Assembly: GCA_050258015.1 (NCBI GenBank)
Contig: JBLMXZ010000093.1
Span: 1-47,285, forward strand
Length of the DNA: 47,285 nt
From: Deltaproteobacteria bacterium
Lineage (GTDB): Bacteria > Omnitrophota > Gorgyraeia > Velamenicoccales > Velamenicoccaceae
Reading direction: 5' to 3'
Shown piece by piece: positions 18,311-23,596 of the stretch. The notes below the pieces were generated by a model that was given only the letters and a program-made list of their open reading frames with translations, made no database searches and had not been told where the DNA came from. The stretch's first letter is position 1. Each line of letters starts with the position of its first letter. The position numbers and the translations under genes were made by a program.

Positions 18311-19464
18311 GGTTCGGCCCTCCTGTAATCCATGCTCACAAAAGAGAAATCCTGCGACGCGCCGTCTTGGGCGCGCAGGCTCAAGACACCCTGCATCCGG
18401 CCGTCCTCGACTTCGGCATGCCAGGACCCGGTCGAACCCTTCTCGCTCGTCTGCATCGTCTCCCAGGTCAGGCGGCCGTTCTCTTTTATTAAGGTATAGT
18501 GCGAGGCCGGATACCCGTTGAGCTCCAGGTTCTCCGAGGACATCTTTCCGTCCTTGAACGTGATCTCATCCACGGTCTGAAAGGGCGTGCCCGCCACGAA
18601 TTTGATCTGCCACACGCTGCCGTCCAGCCCCACGATGTCAAAGGGAATGACGACCCGGCCCGCTTCCGGCGCGGATTCTTCAACGACCGCCGAGGCCGAA
18701 TCGGTCCTTCTCTGGTTCTTCTGGTGAGCGTAAAAAAGGACGGAGCCGGCCACGGCCGCCACCACCATGCTCGAGATGAGCGGCAGGACAAGGCGCTTTT
18801 TGCGGGGGGCCGCTTCTTCCGCCTCCGGCTTCTCCAGCATCTCATAGATCCTCTTGGCAAAGTCCTCCGAACCCAGGCAGATCTTGCGGTGGAGCTCCTT
18901 ATGGAACGTGCGCCCCTCCTCCGCAGGCTGCTGTCTCATGTAATCCGAATAGGTTGCGGCCGATAAATGTCCAAGGACCTCCTTGACCTCCTCTTTCATG
19001 TCCACGACCCGCACCCCCTGCGGCGCAAATTCCGTGTAATGGCCGAGGCTGGAATAGGGGTAGTCCGCTTCGCGGCCCACGTGCGAAGGGTTCAGGTGGA
19101 TATAACGGGTCAAGCGCAGCAGATAGGGGTCCTTTTCGATGATCGTGGCGCGATAGCGCCCCCGGAAGAGATGACCCTGGCGGTTGTACTTTTTGTTGTA
19201 ATACTTGGTGTAGGCCGAGGTCAGATTGTGCATGACCTCGGAAAGCGTGCCGCCGCCCGCAGGGGTCTCAAGGAGGAGGTGCAGATGGGTCGGCAGAAGG
19301 ACAAAGGCAAAGAGGCGCGCGCCCTGCTGGGTCTTGTACTTGGCCAGGAGTTCCAGGTAGGCCGCATAGTCTTCGGCATCGCCGAAAAGATTCTGCCCCT
19401 GGATCGCCCGGGTCGTAATATAGTACAAAGCGCCTTCTATGTTTATTCTGGGAGCCCTTGGCAT
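18307..19464 (-). CDS. Membrane-anchored protein: N-terminal RAYT/IS200-like Y1 HUH domain (COG1943-type), one TM helix, ~110-aa extracytoplasmic beta-rich domain
   Basis: HUH motif in LLPTHLHLLLE. GHLFRGRYRATIIEKDPYLLRLTRYIHLNP matches the G-x-lf/w-q-gRY ... rYIhxNP signature, including the catalytic Tyr position. TM segment LVLPLISSMVVAAVAGSVLFYA. SD AAGGA lies 6 nt before ATG 19464. Confidence 0.8.
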   Translation of the reverse strand: MPRAPRINIEGALYYITTRAIQGQNLFGDAEDYAAYLELLAKYKTQQGARLFAFVLLPTHLHLLLETPAGGGTLSEVMHNLTSAYTKYYNKKYNRQGHLFRGRYRATIIEKDPYLLRLTRYIHLNPSHVGREADYPYSSLGHYTEFAPQGVRVVDMKEEVKEVLGHLSAATYSDYMRQQPAEEGRTFHKELHRKICLGSEDFAKRIYEMLEKPEAEEAAPRKKRLVLPLISSMVVAAVAGSVLFYAHQKNQRRTDSASAVVEESAPEAGRVVIPFDIVGLDGSVWQIKFVAGTPFQTVDEITFKDGKMSSENLELNGYPASHYTLIKENGRLTWETMQTSEKGSTGSWHAEVEDGRMQGVLSLRAQDGASQDFSFVSMDYRRAEP

Positions 19465-19528
19465 CTTCTGTCCTTTTTTGCCTTGACTCTTTCCGGTTCC
19501 CTGTTTTCTATTCTTTTTTTATCATTCA

Positions 19529-19570
19529 TGCCTGGCACTTCTTTCATTTTTCTCGTTTTGTGCCTGGCAC
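19529..19570. promoter_or_regulatory. Two copies of the palindrome TGCCTGGCAC (core TGCC-N-GGCA), 32 bp apart, in the 5' UTR between the leader terminator and the first cistron
   Basis: Exact 10-nt copies at 19529-19538 and 19561-19570. Because the core is self-complementary, the two copies can also pair with each other in RNA (10 bp with one central A.A mismatch, 22-nt loop). Confidence 0.3.
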
Positions 19571-19584
19571 CTTGCGCATGCCAC

Positions 19585-19615
19585 AAAAAAAGTCTCAGGC
19601 AAAATTACCTGAGAC
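19585..19615 (-). terminator. Rho-independent terminator in the leader of the RAYT-like/giant-gene operon
   Basis: Minus strand: GUCUCAGG-uaauuuug-CCUGAGAC (perfect 8-bp stem, 19592-19615) followed directly by U7 (19585-19591). It lies 120 nt upstream of ATG 19464. Confidence 0.7.
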
Positions 19616-19619
19616 TTAG

Positions 19620-19765
19620 AAACTAAGTTGCAGTTTCGGCAGCCCAACTATCCGCCAACTTTCTTTGGCGGACTTGTGGCTTTGCGTCCCCAGGTTTCCC
19701 TGCCTCCCTTTCGGGAGTTCTGCATAAAGCAGAGGTTTGCCTTTTCGTACTGCTCCGATCTGTCA
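19620..19765 (-). promoter_or_regulatory. Candidate c-di-GMP-I (GEMM-I)-like riboswitch aptamer
   Basis: Minus-strand RNA contains GGCAAACC (19734-19741) and GGGGACGCAAAGCCAC (around 19678-19691), which I recall as the two hallmark blocks of the class. It also has GAAA-capped hairpins (CUCCC-GAAA-GGGAG, CAGG-GAAA-CCUG). A long P2-like hairpin UCCGCCAA-agaaag-UUGGCGGA is flanked by CCACAAG/AUAGUUGG, which resembles a tetraloop receptor. The terminator follows. The segment between the two blocks is longer than in the textbook example, so the assignment is tentative. Confidence 0.4.
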
Positions 19766-19770
19766 CTATA

Positions 19771-19799
19771 AATATAACATTTTCAGGGGTGTTTTTCAA
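19771..19799 (-). promoter_or_regulatory. Sigma70-like promoter for the leader and operon
   Basis: Minus strand TTGAAA (19794-19799), 17-nt spacer, TATATT (19771-19776). Confidence 0.5.
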
Positions 19800-19813
19800 T
19801 GCTTCACCGTCCT

Positions 19814-19848
19814 CCCCTTTTCGGGTGCCCTTCGGATGCCCTTCGGGC
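19814..19848. promoter_or_regulatory. Three direct 11-bp repeats phased one helical turn apart, immediately upstream of the -35
   Basis: + strand ccccttttcgg / gtgcccttcgg / atgcccttcgg (19814-19846). Minus strand CCGAAGGGCAt CCGAAGGGCAc CCGAAAAGGGG. Confidence 0.3.
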
Positions 19849-19931
19849 TAACAAACAGCAAAAAATACGCCCCAACTCTTCTTTGAGCAAGAAGTTATGC
19901 GTTCCTTGCCGTTAAGCGGCGTTTTTCTGCC

Positions 19932-20105
19932 TTATTTCTTTAAAAGGCTCAACGCGATCGACAGCAGGAAGCACACGCCGGCGAACTGCAGGAACGCCTC
20001 CGCTTCGAGGCCGACCGGAGGCACCGGCGCGACCAGAAGACGCGACACGATCCCGATCACGATGCTGACGACGCCCAGGGCTACGACGACCTTGTTAACG
20101 CTCAT
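19932..20105 (-). CDS. Small (57 aa) two-TM membrane protein, hypothetical
   Basis: Within ORF 19932..20147. An internal ATG at 20105 is preceded by GGAGG with a 5-nt spacer. Sequence: MSVNKVVVALGVVSIVIGIVSRLLVAPVPPVGLEAEAFLQFAGVCFLLSIALSLLKK. Confidence 0.55.
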   Translation of the reverse strand: MSVNKVVVALGVVSIVIGIVSRLLVAPVPPVGLEAEAFLQFAGVCFLLSIALSLLKK

Positions 20106-20162
20106 ACCGCCTCCTCTTCGTCCTTTGCAGTCACCGCTTGTCTTCAAGGCAAGGGTTAAGAT

Positions 20163-21212
20163 CTATATCCCGACTCTCTCGTGCACTTCTTCCATCTTGT
20201 GCAACCGCCGCCCCATCACCATCAAAAGCCCCACCAGGACAAACATGATGCCGCTCTGCAGGATCATCAACAATCCGAAGATCCAGTCCGAGGCATCGGA
20301 GATGATGAGCGCGCTGATACCCATGGAAGCGCTGATGGCAAAGATAAAAAAGATGGCGCCCCGCGGCCCCAGCCCCAGGTCCATCAGGTAATGATGGAAG
20401 TGATCGCGGCCCGCGTATTCGAACCACTGAACCACGGTGCGCACCTTATGCTCTTTGATGCGCATGAACGTGGTGAAGGTCATGTCGAAAATGGGCACCC
20501 CCAGGATGAGGATGGGCACGATCACGCGCAGGATGTTCTCGCCCGCCCAGCTGCCGGTCAAGGCGAATCCCGCCAGGGTAAAGCCCAGGAACATGCTCCC
20601 GCCGTCCCCCAGGAACATCTTGCCCCTGCTGAAGTTGTGAGGAAAGAAACCCGCGCAGGCCCCCATGACCGCGGCCGGAAGGAAGATAAGATCGACCTGA
20701 CCGGTCGTCAACAGGATGATGAAAAAGAAGAAGGCCGCCACGATCGCCAGGCCCGCGCACAGGCCGTCGGCGCCGTCCAGGTAATTGAAGGCATTGGTGA
20801 TGCCCAAGATCCACAGGAGCGTGATGAGGATCTCGAGGATCTTGCCCCACCAGACGTTTGGGAGAAAACTGATGCGCAGGCCGTTGGCGATAAGGAGGAA
20901 GGCGGCCGCCAGCTGCACGACGAGACGCACCCGGGCGGATATCTCGCGCTTATCGTCCATAACGCTGATGACGAAGATGAGGGTCGAGGCGAGGAAGAGC
21001 GCCTGGTGGGACCGGGCGTAGAGAGGCACGACGAAGGAGCCTGCGATCACGCCCAGATAGACCGCCGCCCCTCCCAGCAGAGGCACCGGCTCCCGCTGAA
21101 GCTTTCGGGCGCAGGGAACGTCGACGACGCCCCACCGCAGGGCCAGAGCCCGGAACAGGGGCGCCGACAGAAGGGCTACCAGGAACGCCACCAGAAAAGA
21201 GGTCAGCGTCAT
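20163..21212 (-). CDS. Polyprenyl-phosphate sugar-1-phosphate transferase, MraY/WecA family (glycosyltransferase family 4), initiating enzyme
   Basis: The multi-TM protein starts MTLTSFLVAFLVALLSAPLF. NAFNYLDGADGL and FLGDGGSMFLG motifs are typical of the family. The start overlaps the PIG-L stop as ATGA (21209-21212). The longer 530-aa ORF in the track is an out-of-frame overlap with PIG-L. Confidence 0.85.
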   Translation of the reverse strand: MTLTSFLVAFLVALLSAPLFRALALRWGVVDVPCARKLQREPVPLLGGAAVYLGVIAGSFVVPLYARSHQALFLASTLIFVISVMDDKREISARVRLVVQLAAAFLLIANGLRISFLPNVWWGKILEILITLLWILGITNAFNYLDGADGLCAGLAIVAAFFFFIILLTTGQVDLIFLPAAVMGACAGFFPHNFSRGKMFLGDGGSMFLGFTLAGFALTGSWAGENILRVIVPILILGVPIFDMTFTTFMRIKEHKVRTVVQWFEYAGRDHFHHYLMDLGLGPRGAIFFIFAISASMGISALIISDASDWIFGLLMILQSGIMFVLVGLLMVMGRRLHKMEEVHERVGI

Positions 21213-21823
21213 AGGGTCTTCAGGATCCTCAGCGCCTTGAACCCTTCGGCGTATTTCACCCGGCCCTGATATCCCCGGAAGACGGCGCAGGACTTGGCGC
21301 TCTCGAGGATGCTCAGGTTCTTGACGCGGGTGCGGTGCACCTGGGAACAGTGGACCCTCAACAAGGTGAGCTTCTTCGTCATAACGCGGCTGATATCGAC
21401 GAAGACGTCCGGCTCGAAGGCCTGTGTCGTCGGGACCTCGTAATACAGGACCTCCCGTATGTAGCGCGAGGCCGAGAGCGCCGCGCGGGCGAGCGCCCGG
21501 TGGTCCTGATGGATATCGGCGAGGTAGTTGAAAAGAACGAGATCGGGCCTGGTCTTTTTGATGGTCTCTTCGATCAGCGTGATCACGCTGCGGTCGCGCG
21601 GCACCTCGGTATCGATAAAGTCGCCCCAAAAGACCCGGCGGGCCTTCATGTAGTGGGCGGCGCGCTCCTGTTCGCAACGGCGCTTCTCGGGGGACCCCCC
21701 CACCCCGCCCGAGGTCAGGACCAGAAGAAAGACCTGGTGTCCTTTCTGGGCGCAACGCATGAGCGTGCCCCCGCAGCCGAACTCGATGTCGTCGGGATGG
21801 GCGCCGATGGCGAGAATATTCAT
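21209..21823 (-). CDS. PIG-L/LmbE-family N-acetylglucosaminyl deacetylase
   Basis: MNILAIGAHPDDIEFGCGGT... and HQDH motifs. GAGGGAG lies 8 nt upstream of the ATG. Confidence 0.85.
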   Translation of the reverse strand: MNILAIGAHPDDIEFGCGGTLMRCAQKGHQVFLLVLTSGGVGGSPEKRRCEQERAAHYMKARRVFWGDFIDTEVPRDRSVITLIEETIKKTRPDLVLFNYLADIHQDHRALARAALSASRYIREVLYYEVPTTQAFEPDVFVDISRVMTKKLTLLRVHCSQVHRTRVKNLSILESAKSCAVFRGYQGRVKYAEGFKALRILKTL

Positions 21824-21842
21824 ATAAAGAACTCCCTCGCTG

Positions 21843-21924
21843 CAGCTGTTTAGCTGATTCGCTGATTAGCTCATTAGTAAAACCGTTGCGCTAAACAACG
21901 AAACAGCAAATCAGCTAATCAGCT
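21843..21924. repeat. Intercistronic hairpin element built from tandem octamers (type AGCTGATT)
   Basis: Left arm AGCTGTTT AGCTGATT CGCTGATT AGCTCATT (21844-21875). Right arm AAACAGCA AATCAGCT AATCAGCT (21901-21924), which is the inverted array. Confidence 0.7.
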
Positions 21925-21929
21925 TTTTG

Positions 21930-22748
21930 TTATACGCCTAAGCTCGCGACAACGTCTTCCGCGATGGCGCGGTCGATGCGCGTGGCGTTGTTGTTGAACC
22001 CCGACAAAAGGCACATGTCGCAGATCTGGTTGATGCGCCGCGGGATGCCGCCCGAATTCTCGAAGATGGAATCGACGGCGTCCTGCGAGAAGACGTCGGT
22101 GCCGCGCGCGCCCGCGATCTTAAGGCGGTGCCGGATATAGTTGCCGGTGTCGTGGATATCGAAGGGCGCCAGATGATACCCGAGCGCGACCCGCTGGACG
22201 AAGGGCTTATGTTTGCGCGCCTTCTCCATGAGCTCGGACTGCCCCATCAGGATAAGGGTCAGAAGGAATTTCTCCTCCGTCTGGAAATTCAACAGCAGCC
22301 GCAGCTCCTCGAAGATCTCGTCGTCACGGATCATGTGCGCCTCGTCGATGATGACGAGGGTCTCCTTGCCGTCCTGGCTGTTGTTGACGAGGACCTCTTC
22401 GATGCGCTGCAGGAACGTGTCCGCCGACATCTCGTTGAGCTTCTCGGAGAGCTCCGTCACCCCCAGCTGCCGCGCGATGGCGCGCAGGAGCTCCACGGAC
22501 TTCAGATACGGATTGCTGATGAAGGCGATGCGGTAGACGTTCTTGTTGAGTTTATCGAGAAGGGTGCGGCCCAGGACCGTCTTGCCGCAGCCGAAGACGC
22601 CCGTCAGCATCGCCGCGCCCTTGCGCTGCTCGACGACATATAGAAGGCGGAAGAGCGCCTCCTCATGCTCTTTGGAATAATACAGGAACCGCGGGTTGGG
22701 CGTGTTCTCGAACGGTTTCTCTTTCAGGCCCCAATGCGCTTCATACAT
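21930..22748 (-). CDS. ExeA/GspA-like AAA ATPase (AAA_22-type)
   Basis: Walker A GVFGCGKT and Walker B LVIIDEAH. N-terminus MYEAHWGLKEKPFENTPNPRFLY is typical of the ExeA family. Confidence 0.8.
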   Translation of the reverse strand: MYEAHWGLKEKPFENTPNPRFLYYSKEHEEALFRLLYVVEQRKGAAMLTGVFGCGKTVLGRTLLDKLNKNVYRIAFISNPYLKSVELLRAIARQLGVTELSEKLNEMSADTFLQRIEEVLVNNSQDGKETLVIIDEAHMIRDDEIFEELRLLLNFQTEEKFLLTLILMGQSELMEKARKHKPFVQRVALGYHLAPFDIHDTGNYIRHRLKIAGARGTDVFSQDAVDSIFENSGGIPRRINQICDMCLLSGFNNNATRIDRAIAEDVVASLGV

Positions 22749-22811
22749 AGCTCACCCCCCACTTCCACCCCGGCGGAATCTTACCGGTGCTCCGCGCGAG
22801 GAGACCGGCGT

Positions 22812-23498
22812 TCATTTTTTGAACAGCGCGGCGCCGCCGGGTCCCTCGTTGAACAAAAGATCGACGGCGCTCAGGCACGGGACAAAATCCTCGTCGCGCT
22901 CGGCGAAGAGCTGCGCGTAACGCGGATGCGCGAACTCCTGGTACACGACGCGCTGGCCGGCCGCGCGGAAAAGGCCCTCTTCCAGATACGCGCGTCCCCC
23001 GGCGCCGGACAGATACGTGGCGGCCCCCAGGGCCCGGCCGATATCGACGAGCCGCTGCGTCTTGGCGCCGGAGGTCCCCAGCTCGGACTCCAGCACGGTG
23101 CGCGTCGCGATACCGAACCTTTCGCAGAAGAAACGGATCGTGGCGACGTTTAGGTCCATGAGCCGCTCCCACCCGAGCGCGTACAGCGATTCAAAAAAAC
23201 CGATCTCGGCGTCAAAAAAAGGCGCGCGGCCGTACCAGGCCTTAAGGCTCTTCAAATGCTGCGCGCGCCAATCGCGGCCGTTGTCGATGCGCACATCGCG
23301 CAGGGCGATGCCTTGCTTATAATGAACGGGCACCGTTAACCACTGCACGCCGTCCTTGGTGCGGATCTTATTGCGGTTCTGGAATTCCCGGTGCTTGTAC
23401 TGCACGGTGTCCAGGAACACAAAGACGTCCGCCCGCGCCATCTTGTCAAAAAATCCGAGCCAGGGAATATATTGAGGCTGATGCGCCGCGTAAACCAT
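22812..23498 (-). CDS. WbqC-family protein
   Basis: N-terminus MVYAAHQPQYIPWLGFFDKMARADVFVFLD matches the WbqC-like signature (QP-Y-PWLGYF). Confidence 0.75.
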   Translation of the reverse strand: MVYAAHQPQYIPWLGFFDKMARADVFVFLDTVQYKHREFQNRNKIRTKDGVQWLTVPVHYKQGIALRDVRIDNGRDWRAQHLKSLKAWYGRAPFFDAEIGFFESLYALGWERLMDLNVATIRFFCERFGIATRTVLESELGTSGAKTQRLVDIGRALGAATYLSGAGGRAYLEEGLFRAAGQRVVYQEFAHPRYAQLFAERDEDFVPCLSAVDLLFNEGPGGAALFKK

Positions 23499-23502
23499 TT
23501 TT

Positions 23503-23532
23503 ATTATAATACCACAACTCCCTATGAATCAA
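23503..23532 (-). promoter_or_regulatory. Possible internal sigma70-like promoter giving a leaderless or near-leaderless WbqC mRNA
   Basis: Minus strand TTGATT (23527-23532), 18 nt, TATAAT (23503-23508), then AAAA, then ATG 23498. Confidence 0.3.
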
Positions 23533-23556
23533 GAAGATAAAATATAAAGATGCGGT

Positions 23557-23580
23557 CCCGTCCCGGCCAACCGGGACGGG
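23557..23580 (-). terminator. GC-rich hairpin after the PHP-like gene (attenuating terminator or processing hairpin)
   Basis: CCCGTCCCGG-ccaa-CCGGGACGGG is a perfect 10-bp stem. On the minus strand it is followed by ACCGCAUCUUUAUAUUUUAUCUU, which is U-rich but not an immediate U-tract. Confidence 0.45.
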
Positions 23581-23596
23581 CGGGCGCGCAGGAAGG

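Noticed and set aside
18307-19464. Annotating the RAYT-like gene as an active IS200/IS605 mobile element
   Set aside because: No tnpB and no recognisable subterminal hairpin ends were seen. The gene is fused to a TM and an extracytoplasmic domain, and it is translationally coupled to the downstream genes. It is more likely domesticated.
19531-19577. Sigma54 promoter suggested by TGGCAC...TTGC in tgcctggcaccttgcgca
   Set aside because: The GG-to-GC spacing is ~4 nt too short for the -24/-12 consensus. The motif is on the + strand, pointing away from every nearby gene.
19640-19925. A + strand small RNA (UUCG-type mini-hairpins at 19814-19848 and a weak GCCG-ttaag-CGGC plus T5 structure near 19909-19926)
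   Set aside because: No convincing + strand promoter was found and the terminator is weak. The minus-strand reading (promoter, aptamer-like fold, strong terminator, downstream operon) explains the region better.
19866-19931. Terminator for the glycan operon after the small membrane protein gene (CTTCTT-gctca-AAGAAG hairpin, T6 run 12 nt later)
   Set aside because: The stem is short and AT-rich and the U-tract is not adjacent. There is not enough support to call it a feature.
20163-21755. The 530-aa version of the WecA-like ORF, and similar long N-terminal extensions (27818..29077, 33828..35177, 35839..37092, 36938..38104, 45925..47124)
   Set aside because: The extensions are Arg/Gly/Pro-rich, overlap the preceding gene out of frame, and precede internal starts that have SD sequences or ATGA coupling and match family N-termini.
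21899-21929. Intrinsic terminator on the + strand (octamer hairpin followed by TTTTT)
   Set aside because: There is no + strand gene to terminate. On the coding (minus) strand no U-tract follows the hairpin. It is treated as part of the octamer-array element.
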